Of a stretch of 32,000 nt of DNA, positions 9,522 to 17,284 are shown piece after piece (the first letter of the stretch is position 1; every line of letters starts with the position of its first letter). Origin of the DNA: Crocinitomicaceae bacterium (GTDB lineage Bacteria; Bacteroidota; Bacteroidia; Flavobacteriales_D; Crocinitomicaceae); the NCBI GenBank assembly GCA_020436025.1, contig JAGQYP010000032.1, positions 1,643 through 33,642 on the forward strand. The letters run 5' to 3'. Both the position numbers and the translations under genes were made by a program. The notes beneath the pieces are model-generated. The model ran no database searches. It was given only the letters and a program-made list of their open reading frames with translations, and was not told the DNA's origin.

Positions 9522-10199
9522 CTAGTGCTGTAAATAGGTTGATTGCGCAAAACACTGGTTGATGGCTTGAATTAGTCGGTTTCCAATATTGGCTCCCGTA
9601 TAAATAGCCCGAACCCCTGAAATCCATGGAATATAAATCTTTTGATTAGCCGTATCCAAACTGTTCGCATCAATCATTTCAATGAGCAAAGTTCCCGAAT
9701 CTTCTGTAAAATAATAGGGGATTTTATACCTGTATAAAGCAATAGCGTTGAACCCCCAATCCATTGGACTTTTAATATAATGTTCATGGGCTCCCCAGGT
9801 AGCTTCGAATTCTTCAAACCCTCCTACAAAGCTGTATTGTCGGACTAATTCTCCACTAGGACTAATAATTAGATTGGCATTGATAAGAACATCTGCGCTA
9901 TCAGGAGTGCTTACCTTTGTATATCCATAGGAAATCAAATTAATCTCAATCTGATTTAATATAATCGATCTATAAGGTTCTTCTAAAACGGAATCCGTGG
10001 CATTTAAATTCGTTAGATCCACCTTCCCAACCGAATCAACAATTGCAAACCTGGAATACGTGCTGAAATCAGAATAGACGTCATATGCTGAAAATACAAT
10101 ATCTCCATCCCCTACAGGTTCAAATCTGTTTTTCAAACAAGAAGTGAAAACTGAAGCTACAAAGAATAGAAATAAAATATTTAATGGTACGATTCGCAT
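9522..10199 (-). CDS. Lipoprotein, DUF4136-like
   Basis: The ORF track starts at TTG 10226. I prefer the ATG at 10199, which gives MRIVPLNILFLFFVASVFTSC (a canonical lipobox) and leaves a TATTTTTG box 14 nt upstream. The layout (YD..SDFS.Y..., GY......AD.LIN, GTLLIEMIDA.....W.SG) resembles DUF4136 lipoproteins. That comparison is from memory and not searched. Confidence 0.6.
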   Translation of the reverse strand: MRIVPLNILFLFFVASVFTSCLKNRFEPVGDGDIVFSAYDVYSDFSTYSRFAIVDSVGKVDLTNLNATDSVLEEPYRSIILNQIEINLISYGYTKVSTPDSADVLINANLIISPSGELVRQYSFVGGFEEFEATWGAHEHYIKSPMDWGFNAIALYRYKIPYYFTEDSGTLLIEMIDANSLDTANQKIYIPWISGVRAIYTGANIGNRLIQAINQCFAQSTYLQH

Positions 10200-10213
10200 T
10201 ATGTGTATTCGGC

Positions 10214-10221
10214 CAAAAATA
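10214..10221 (-). promoter_or_regulatory. Candidate -7 box (TATTTTTG on the minus strand) for the lipoprotein/beta-barrel pair
   Basis: The plus strand reads caaaaata. It lies inside the TTG-started ORF of the track but 14 nt upstream of the ATG at 10199, which supports the shorter gene model. Confidence 0.45.
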
Positions 10222-10290
10222 CTCAAATTTTAAGACTAAAGAAAAACTTGATTTCATCTAAAGACCAATACTTTTTCTATTTTTGTTTTG

Positions 10291-10917
10291 ATGGCCCAAA
10301 TAGAATTACAATCCTTTAGAGACCCACTTCCAGTTATGGAACAATTTTACTCTATTCAGGGCGAAGGGTTCAATTCTGGAAGAGCTGCCTATTTTATTCG
10401 TTTAGCAGGTTGTGATGTTCAATGTTTTTGGTGCGATGTAAAGGATAGCTGGGACATTGGGGAGGACCAGTTTCAATCAGTACAAGAACTAACTGACAAA
10501 GTAAAAGAAGCTGAAGCAAAATTTGTGGTCATCACTGGTGGAGAACCAGCCATGCATGATTTGGTTCCACTTTGCAACCTTTTACATGAAAATGGTATTG
10601 AAATTGCGATAGAAACATCTGGAAACAGAGATTTAAGAGGTGATTTTGATTGGATCTGCTTAAGTCCTAAAAAGTTTAGTTTACCAGTAGAATCAGTCTA
10701 CCAAAGTGCAGACGAATTAAAAATTATTGTGTACAACAACCATGATCTGGTTTGGGCAGATGAGCTTGCAAAGAAAGTGAATTCAGGATGTAAGTTGATT
10801 TTACAACCAGAATGGAGTAACGAAAAAGAGATTTTACCATTGATATTAAATAAGGTGAAGGAAGATCAGAGATGGAGAATCTCGCTTCAAACTCACAAAT
10901 ACATGAATATTAGGTGA
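10291..10917 (+). CDS. queE: 7-carboxy-7-deazaguanine synthase (radical SAM), QueE
   Basis: 'FYSIQGEGFNSGRAAYFIRLAGCDVQCFWCD' is the QueE N-terminal motif with a C...C..C cluster. The roughly 208-aa length is typical of the short QueE form. I use the ATG at 10291 rather than the TTG at 10288. Confidence 0.9.
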   Translation: MAQIELQSFRDPLPVMEQFYSIQGEGFNSGRAAYFIRLAGCDVQCFWCDVKDSWDIGEDQFQSVQELTDKVKEAEAKFVVITGGEPAMHDLVPLCNLLHENGIEIAIETSGNRDLRGDFDWICLSPKKFSLPVESVYQSADELKIIVYNNHDLVWADELAKKVNSGCKLILQPEWSNEKEILPLILNKVKEDQRWRISLQTHKYMNIR

Positions 10918-10944
10918 TTTGATTTACGATTTTAGATTTTAGAT
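10916..10944 (+). repeat. C-poor GATTT-word repeat filling the whole queE-to-next-gene spacer
   Basis: gatttgatttacgattttagattttagat. The 24-nt core (10921-10944) is 22/24 identical to 14554-14577. Confidence 0.8.
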
Positions 10945-12999
10945 ATGAGAAATTTATTGATTTTAGGTTTGTCTTTGTTGATCTCAGTTTTTGGGTCTTG
11001 CCAAATGAGCTATTCCACCAAAAATAAAAAGGCCATCAAACTATTTGAAGAGGGAATGAGAAAAGAAATGGAACTTGATCCCAGAACCAATCGCCCTAAC
11101 TACAGAGGAGGAATTGAACTATTCGAAAAAGCAATTGAAAAAGATCCCAACTTCATTGAGGCTTATGGGATGAGTATTAATTTCTGTGAAAAAATTGGAG
11201 ATATAGATAAAGCATTTGAAATGGGGAAAAAAGCCATTGATCTAAATTTAAGTGGACCTGGAAGTTCTTTTCTCTATTACAAAACAGCGGAATTAGCATT
11301 CAAACAAAAAGAATACGAAACAGCCATCAAGCTTGCTAAAAGTTTCTTAAAGACCAACAGAAATCCGGAAATGAAGGTGAAAGCGGAAGAAATCATTTCC
11401 AGTTCTGAATTTGCACTAAAAAGCATCGAAGAAGGCGTTGAAATCAAACTTGTTAACCTTGGCCCTGGAATCAACACAAAAGATCCAGAGTATTTTCCCT
11501 CATTAACAGTGGATGAAAAAACCATCATTTTTACACGTCAAATTCATGTTCCGAATACTCCAGACCATATTCCAGGACAGGAAGATTTATACATTTCTCA
11601 CAAAGAAGCCGATGGGACCTGGGGAAAAGCTACCCCTTTGCCACGTCAAATCAATCATCCTATGGCGAATCAAGGTGCTCCTTCGATTGGTGCGGATGGT
11701 TCAACTGTTGTTTTTATTGGATGCCAGAATGTGGATGGAAGCTATCCTGAGGGCTACCAGGGTTATGGAAGTTGTGACATTTACATTACGAAAAAACTTG
11801 GAAACAAATGGTATGCTCCTGTGAATTTGGGTAATAAAATCAACTCTTTTAATTGGGAAACACAACCTTCTCTTTCTGCTGATGGCAAAACCATGTACTT
11901 TATCCGTGGAGATAGACGAATTCAACAACAAGCGGCCGTGCGTCCAGATCTAAAATTGAATGTAGGAGACATTTTTGTTTCTTATTTGGATGATGAAGGT
12001 AAGTGGTCTGACCCGATCAAACTTCCAGACAATGTAAACACTCCTCATAAGGAAGAATCGGTTTTCATACATCCCGATGGAAGAACCTTGTATTTTGGAT
12101 CCAATGGTCATCCAGGATTAGGTGGAACGGATATATTCATGACCAGATTACAAGATGACGGAAGTTGGTCGAATCCAATCAATTTAGGGCATCCTATCAA
12201 TTCACCTGCCGATGAAGCAACCTTGATTGTTGCAGCTAGTGGTCGCTATGCCATGCTTGGTTCCGATCGTCCTGGTGGTTTTGGAGACATGGATATTTAT
12301 CAATTCAACATGCCTGAAAAATTTCGTCCAAACCCAGCTATTTATATGGAAGGAATCGCTTACAATGCGAAAAATCAAGAAGAAAGATTGGGTGCCAAAT
12401 TTCAATTGTTCGACCTCGAAACAGGCAAGGAAGTAGTGAGATCACAAGCCGATCCAGTTACTGGAGAATTTTTGGTTACCTTACCTGTAAACAAAAATTA
12501 TTCTTTGATAGCGAATCACGATGGCTTTTTAATGTTCACGAAGAATTTCACCTTGACACAACCAGAAAACAGTGAGGAGGCCTATCATATCAATGTTCCA
12601 ATGGAACCGTTTGTTGCTGGTTCGGCTGTAAGACTTGATAATATCTTTTTCGATTTTGGTCAATACACTTTGAGAAAGGAATCCTATGTAGAGTTGGATA
12701 AGTTTGTAAAATTCTTGAAGAACAACCCAAGTCTGAAAATAGAATTGGGAGGTCATACAGATACCCGAGGGGATGCTAAAGACAACCAAATTCTCTCAGA
12801 AAACAGGGCAAAAGCAGTTGCGGATTATTTAATTGAAAAAGGGATTCCTAAAACAAGTTTGACCTATAAGGGTTATGGGGAAAGTCAGCCCATTGTTTCA
12901 GATGAGGACATCAATAAACTAGCATCTGAAAAAGAGAAAGAAAATGCCCATCAGCAAAATCGTAGAACTGAATACAAGATCATTGAAATTATTAAATAG
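10945..12999 (+). CDS. OmpA-family protein with N-terminal TPR and PD40/TolB-like beta-propeller repeats
   Basis: 684 aa with a signal peptide. The C-terminal OmpA domain reads 'NIFFDFGQYTLRKES...LKIELGGHTDTRGDAKDNQILSENRAKAVADYL...GYGESQPI...NRRTEYKII'. Confidence 0.9.
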   Translation: MRNLLILGLSLLISVFGSCQMSYSTKNKKAIKLFEEGMRKEMELDPRTNRPNYRGGIELFEKAIEKDPNFIEAYGMSINFCEKIGDIDKAFEMGKKAIDLNLSGPGSSFLYYKTAELAFKQKEYETAIKLAKSFLKTNRNPEMKVKAEEIISSSEFALKSIEEGVEIKLVNLGPGINTKDPEYFPSLTVDEKTIIFTRQIHVPNTPDHIPGQEDLYISHKEADGTWGKATPLPRQINHPMANQGAPSIGADGSTVVFIGCQNVDGSYPEGYQGYGSCDIYITKKLGNKWYAPVNLGNKINSFNWETQPSLSADGKTMYFIRGDRRIQQQAAVRPDLKLNVGDIFVSYLDDEGKWSDPIKLPDNVNTPHKEESVFIHPDGRTLYFGSNGHPGLGGTDIFMTRLQDDGSWSNPINLGHPINSPADEATLIVAASGRYAMLGSDRPGGFGDMDIYQFNMPEKFRPNPAIYMEGIAYNAKNQEERLGAKFQLFDLETGKEVVRSQADPVTGEFLVTLPVNKNYSLIANHDGFLMFTKNFTLTQPENSEEAYHINVPMEPFVAGSAVRLDNIFFDFGQYTLRKESYVELDKFVKFLKNNPSLKIELGGHTDTRGDAKDNQILSENRAKAVADYLIEKGIPKTSLTYKGYGESQPIVSDEDINKLASEKEKENAHQQNRRTEYKIIEIIK

Positions 13000-13998
13000 A
13001 TGAAGTTTTTATTACTACTCCGACCCGTCAACTTACTGATCATTGCATTGACCATGTACATGACTAAGATTTACATTGTCGAGGCTGTACTTACAGGTAG
13101 TTTTTTATTTGAAAACTTGAGTGATATCTATCAGTTACCTGAAAACTATGAATTGAATTTTTTTCTTTTGGTAATGATGATGGTTTTATTGGCAGCAGGA
13201 GGAAATATCATCAATGATTATTTTGATGTAAGAGCCGACCGGATCAATAAACCTAAAAAAACGTATATCGATTATCATGTAAGTAGAAAAACAGCCATTA
13301 TAGCTCATGTATTGTTCACTGGTGCTGCAATTCTGATTTCTTTCTATCTTTGGTTTGCAACCGGAAATTATCAGTTCACTTTGTTTGCCTTAGTCATCGC
13401 CTTATTACTCTGGATCTATTCGGTTTTTTTAAAAAGAAAGTTCTTGATTGGAAATTTGAGTATTGCCGTATTGACTGGAATTGTTCCTTATATTTCCTAC
13501 TTGTATTTTCTGCCAATTTTAAGTCAATTCGAAAATACATCCCTCGATTTTACCATGGGGAACCTTACCTTCAAATTGGTACCCATGTACGATACTATTG
13601 TTTTTGTTGGAATTTTTTCTGCCCTAGCCTTTTTGATCAATTTGGTTCGAGAGATCATTAAAGATATTTACGATATTATCGGAGACCGAAGAGTAGGTTC
13701 GAAAACTATGCCCATTGTTATAGGCGTATATGCAACTAAAATCATTACAAGTCTTTTGATATTGTTTATTGTGACCATCTTTTCTTTTCCCATTATGATG
13801 TGGCCTCAGATAGTGGGTATTAAAGTCGTGTTTATTCCTTTTATAATGATGATCGTATTGCTATTGATTACCATGTTCCTGCTGATTGCTGCCAGAGAAA
13901 AAGATAAATACAAATACTCTTCTTTCACGCTAAAACTCACCATGCTTTATGGTTTGTTTTTACCCATGATCATCAATAGTGGAGTCAATGACTTATAA
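13000..13998 (+). CDS. UbiA-family prenyltransferase (DGGGP-synthase-like / geranylgeranylglycerol-phosphate geranylgeranyltransferase-like)
   Basis: 332 aa with about 8-9 TM segments. First Asp-rich motif 'NIINDYFDVRADRINKPKK' (ND..D...D), second 'KDIYDIIGDRRVGSKT'. The ATG immediately follows the upstream TAG (tagatg). Confidence 0.85.
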   Translation: MKFLLLLRPVNLLIIALTMYMTKIYIVEAVLTGSFLFENLSDIYQLPENYELNFFLLVMMMVLLAAGGNIINDYFDVRADRINKPKKTYIDYHVSRKTAIIAHVLFTGAAILISFYLWFATGNYQFTLFALVIALLLWIYSVFLKRKFLIGNLSIAVLTGIVPYISYLYFLPILSQFENTSLDFTMGNLTFKLVPMYDTIVFVGIFSALAFLINLVREIIKDIYDIIGDRRVGSKTMPIVIGVYATKIITSLLILFIVTIFSFPIMMWPQIVGIKVVFIPFIMMIVLLLITMFLLIAAREKDKYKYSSFTLKLTMLYGLFLPMIINSGVNDL

Positions 13999-14554
13999 AT
14001 GGAATTTCATATTAGGTTCTCAGTCTCCCCGCAGAAAAGAACTTCTTGAAAAACTTGGAATTTCCTTCAGACAAGAATCCCAAGATATAGATGAGATTTA
14101 TCCGGAAGAAATGGTACCACAACAAGTTCCAATTTATTTAGCGGAATTAAAATCCAAAGCATTTGAGTCATTACAAAAGAATGATTTATTGATTACGTCG
14201 GACACTGTAGTCATCTTTCAAAATGAGATCCTAGGAAAGCCCAGTAACAAAAAAGAAGCTCAAGAAACGCTGACTAAACTATCGAATCAATGGCATGAGG
14301 TGGTGACGGGTGTTTGCTTAAGAACCAATGAAAAAAAAGTGAGTTTTGCAGACACCACAAGAGTCAAATTTAAGGAGTTGAGTCAGGAAGAAATCGATTA
14401 TTATATCGACAATTTTCATCCGTTTGACAAAGCAGGAAGTTATGGTATCCAAGACTGGTTTGGGGTCACTTGCGTTGACCGAATTGAGGGATGCTATTTT
14501 AATGTAATGGGACTCCCTGTTCGATTGATCTATAAAGAGCTGGGGAGATTTTAG
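13988..14554 (+). CDS. maf: Maf-family nucleoside triphosphate pyrophosphatase
   Basis: 'ILGSQSPRRKELLEKLGI', 'ITSDTVV', 'GKP....A...L..LS...H.V.TGV', 'AGSYGIQD'. The track start at 13979 is GTG; I use the ATG at 13988. It overlaps the UbiA gene end. Confidence 0.9.
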   Translation: MTYKWNFILGSQSPRRKELLEKLGISFRQESQDIDEIYPEEMVPQQVPIYLAELKSKAFESLQKNDLLITSDTVVIFQNEILGKPSNKKEAQETLTKLSNQWHEVVTGVCLRTNEKKVSFADTTRVKFKELSQEEIDYYIDNFHPFDKAGSYGIQDWFGVTCVDRIEGCYFNVMGLPVRLIYKELGRF

Positions 14555-14597
14555 ATTTACGATGTTAGATTTTGGATTTACACATTTAGATTTATCC
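14547..14597 (+). repeat. C-poor (A)GATTT-word repeat straddling the maf stop codon
   Basis: gattttagatttacgatgttagattttggatttacacatttagatttatcc. The TAG stop (14552-54) is itself part of a word. Confidence 0.8.
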
Positions 14598-14631
14598 TTA
14601 TATTCACGGTTCCAAAAAACAATCATAAGTT

Positions 14632-15657
14632 ATGAAGAAAACCAAGCTCAAGATTGATATGCATACGCATATTTTACCTGCAGAAATGCCCAATTGGACC
14701 AATAAATTTGGATATGGAGATTTTATCTGGATGAAAGCCACGGACGATCCGAAATTTGGAGACATGATGCAAGGCAATGAGTTTTTTAGAAGAATCGAAG
14801 AAAATTGCTGGAACGAGGATGTGAGAATAGTAGATTATGACAAATTTCAGGCGGATGTGCAGGTGATTTGTACCATTCCTGTAATGTTCTCTTATTGGGC
14901 AAAAGGAAAAGATTGTTTGGAATTGTCTCGGTTTTTAAATGACCACATCGCGGAAGTTGTTGCCAAATATCCTAAAAAGTATGTTGGTTTGGGAACCATC
15001 CCTATGCAAGACACCGAACTGGCTATTCAGGAGCTGGAAAGATGTAAAAATGAATTAGGATTTAAAGGGATTCAAATTGGATCCAATATCAATGATAAAA
15101 ACTTATCGGAGCCCGAGTTCTTCCCAATTTTTGAGGCTGCTGAAAGATTAAACATGGCCATCATGATTCACCCTTGGGAAATGATGGGATTTGATTCAAT
15201 GAAGAAATATTGGCTACCTTGGCTTGTTGGAATGCCGGCTGAAACTTCTCGTGCTGCTTGCTCATTAATTTTTGGTGGAATTTTAGAGAGGCTTCCAAAC
15301 TTAAGAATTGTATTGAGTCATTCAGGCGGTTCTTTCATCCCTACTATCGGTCGAATTGAGCACGGATTCAATTGTCGCCCAGATTTGGTAGCCATCGACA
15401 ACAAAAGAAATCCAAGAGAATACCTCAAACAGTTCTACTACGACGGGATCACTCACGATATTGATTTCACAAAGTATATTATTTCTCAGGTAGGTTCCGA
15501 CAGAATTGCCATGGGAACAGACTACCCTTTTCCACTTGGAGATTTGGAGATTGGAAAATTCATGGAAGAGAGCGATTTGAGTCAGCAAGACTTGGATAAC
15601 ATCATGTACAAAACATCTTTGGAATTATTTGATTTGAAGGAAGAAGACTTTTTGTAG
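14632..15657 (+). CDS. 2-amino-3-carboxymuconate-6-semialdehyde decarboxylase (ACMSD)-like amidohydrolase
   Basis: 341 aa. 'KIDMHTHILP', 'ENCWNEDVRI', 'PVMFSYWAK', 'KYWLPWLVGMPAETS', 'GTDYPFPLG' are near-identical to blocks I recall from animal and bacterial ACMSD (amidohydrolase_2 family). Confidence 0.85.
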   Translation: MKKTKLKIDMHTHILPAEMPNWTNKFGYGDFIWMKATDDPKFGDMMQGNEFFRRIEENCWNEDVRIVDYDKFQADVQVICTIPVMFSYWAKGKDCLELSRFLNDHIAEVVAKYPKKYVGLGTIPMQDTELAIQELERCKNELGFKGIQIGSNINDKNLSEPEFFPIFEAAERLNMAIMIHPWEMMGFDSMKKYWLPWLVGMPAETSRAACSLIFGGILERLPNLRIVLSHSGGSFIPTIGRIEHGFNCRPDLVAIDNKRNPREYLKQFYYDGITHDIDFTKYIISQVGSDRIAMGTDYPFPLGDLEIGKFMEESDLSQQDLDNIMYKTSLELFDLKEEDFL

Positions 15658-15740
15658 TGCAAAATTAAAAATGCAAAATGTAATGTTGAACTTCTAAGCA
15701 AGAGTTTTTATTTATATTTAGGAAACTCATTATCAATTCT

Positions 15741-16289
15741 ATGGCTAAGAAATTCAAAACGAGATTGGAGTCTCAGATTACGATGACTCAGTTGATGTTG
15801 CCTTCGCATTCCAATTTTTCTGGGAAGATTCACGGTGGTTTTATTTTAAATCTGATGGATCAAATTGCTTTTGCCTGTGCATCTAAGCACTCAGAGAATT
15901 ACTGTGTTACGGCTTCCGTCAATAAAGTAGATTTCTTAAATCCGATTGAAGTGGGTGAATTGGTTCATTTGAAAGCCTCTGTGAATTATACAGGAAAAAC
16001 ATCCATGGTTGTAGGAGTTCGTGTAGAAGCTGAAAACATTCACACTAAGAAGATCAAGCACTGTAATTCCTCTTATTTCACGATGGTTGCCAAAGATAAA
16101 GATGGGCACAATACTATTATTCCTGGTTTGATCCTGACCTCGGTAGATGATGTAAGGCATTTCGCGAGAAGTATTCGACGACAAAATGAATCGAGACAAA
16201 GAGAAGATGCATTTGACCCAACAAATTTTAGAATGTCCGATCACGTGGAAACTTTGAAAGGGCATAATTTGAAGATGGAGTTGGATTAG
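15741..16289 (+). CDS. Acyl-CoA thioesterase (hotdog fold, YciA/BFIT-like)
   Basis: 'MTQLMLPSHSNFSGKIHGGFILNLMDQIAFACASKHS..YCVTASVNKVDFLNPIEVGELVHLKASVNYTGKTSMVV' is the typical acyl-CoA hydrolase core. Confidence 0.85.
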   Translation: MAKKFKTRLESQITMTQLMLPSHSNFSGKIHGGFILNLMDQIAFACASKHSENYCVTASVNKVDFLNPIEVGELVHLKASVNYTGKTSMVVGVRVEAENIHTKKIKHCNSSYFTMVAKDKDGHNTIIPGLILTSVDDVRHFARSIRRQNESRQREDAFDPTNFRMSDHVETLKGHNLKMELD

Positions 16290-16314
16290 GACTTGCGCAC
16301 GATCCAGATATCCA

Positions 16315-16346
16315 GACAAAAAAAGCCGACTCTTTCGAATCGGCTT
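16315..16346 (-). terminator. Intrinsic terminator between convergent genes. It is canonical for the minus-strand gene and weaker for the plus-strand gene.
   Basis: The stem pairs 16323-16332 with 16337-16346 (AAGCCGAcTC / GAaTCGGCTT, one mismatch, loop tttc). On the minus strand it is followed by T7 (complement of A7 at 16318-16324). On the plus strand it is followed by cttcattt. Confidence 0.65.
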
Positions 16347-16366
16347 CTTCATTTAATTCTAATTTC

Positions 16367-17209
16367 TTACAGTTCAAATTCCTTTTCTAGGAACTCAGCT
16401 AGATTGTCTTTATCAGGTTTTCCGTAGAATTCGTTGATATAAGAAGTAATTTCCGCCTTTTTCTTATCCGCATCTTTATCTGTGTATTCAGAGATAATGA
16501 TATTCAATTCATCTTTCAACAAATCGATATCAGGGAAAACTGGATTGAAAGAATTGATCTTTGTTGAAGTCTTTTTCAAATCGTCTCTGTACATCAAAGT
16601 CATTTCTTTAATAGCTGCTCCGTCGATTGGCTTATTATCGATTTTGAAAATATCATTTCTGTCGATAACCAACTTACCCTCCTCAACAGGAAGTTTCTTG
16701 TTGATTGATTCTCCATCGTAATCAAATCTTAAATAGAAGAAATGATCTTTATCCATTGGGAAAGCATCTTGCCCGATAGTCAAAGCCATTCTGCCAAGAA
16801 TTACATAATTCCCTTGGAAGTGATTTTGAAGATCGATAATATTCAATAAAGCTCCAGCTCTTGAAGAAATGTTATTCATCGCAGGCAACAAGTTAGATCT
16901 GTCTCCAGAACCTCCTTGAGTCAAGATAAATCTTCCTTTAATTCTTGAAATGATAGCTGCTCTTGATTCAGCTGTCGCAAATTTCAAACTGGTTGTTGGA
17001 GCAAATTCATCTCCCATTTTCATTGAAGATCCCGTTTTTACATAAATGATTTGTCCGTTCACTTTAATCACTTTGTAAGAATCTGCAGCAGGATTAGCTT
17101 TGGTAGTTTCCGCTTTTTCTATTTTTTTGGTTGCAGTGGTGTTTTTTGGTCCCATGACAAAAGCCATTACCCCGAAACATACCACAGCAAGAATTGCAAG
17201 TCTTTTCAT
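16367..17209 (-). CDS. Hypothetical exported or membrane-anchored protein (280 aa)
   Basis: N-terminal hydrophobic segment MKRLAILAVVCFGVMAFVMG. No family motif recognised. It is bracketed by its own -7 box and terminator, so it appears monocistronic. Confidence 0.6.
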   Translation of the reverse strand: MKRLAILAVVCFGVMAFVMGPKNTTATKKIEKAETTKANPAADSYKVIKVNGQIIYVKTGSSMKMGDEFAPTTSLKFATAESRAAIISRIKGRFILTQGGSGDRSNLLPAMNNISSRAGALLNIIDLQNHFQGNYVILGRMALTIGQDAFPMDKDHFFYLRFDYDGESINKKLPVEEGKLVIDRNDIFKIDNKPIDGAAIKEMTLMYRDDLKKTSTKINSFNPVFPDIDLLKDELNIIISEYTDKDADKKKAEITSYINEFYGKPDKDNLAEFLEKEFEL

Positions 17210-17230
17210 GTTGATTCTTTTGAGTTTTTA

Positions 17231-17238
17231 CAAATTTA
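17231..17238 (-). promoter_or_regulatory. Candidate -7 box (TAAATTTG on the minus strand)
   Basis: The plus strand reads caaattta, 21 nt upstream of the ATG at 17209. Confidence 0.45.
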
Positions 17239-17284
17239 CTAATTATCTATACCAAATCAAATATTATTCCAAACTGAAAAACAG

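Noticed and set aside
10227-10290. Possible preQ1 riboswitch upstream of queE
   Set aside because: The gap is only about 60 nt and AT-rich. I see neither the conserved preQ1-I stem-loop nor its A-rich tail arrangement. A -7 box sits 5 nt from the ATG, leaving no room for an aptamer.
11277-12789. Six short ORFs on both strands inside the OmpA-family gene, and 13350-13661 inside the UbiA gene
   Set aside because: They are alternative-frame or antisense ORFs within genes that have strong domain evidence. They are typical AT-rich noise.
14318-14626. 102-aa minus-strand ORF covering the maf 3' end and the GATTT repeat
   Set aside because: It is antisense to maf. Part of its sequence (PKSNIVNLKSP) is just the translation of the word repeat.
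15936-16352. 138-aa minus-strand ORF, the largest unassigned ORF in the track
   Set aside because: It is antisense to the thioesterase gene, which has an unambiguous hotdog-fold sequence. It would start inside the terminator hairpin at 16323-46 and has no signal or family motif.
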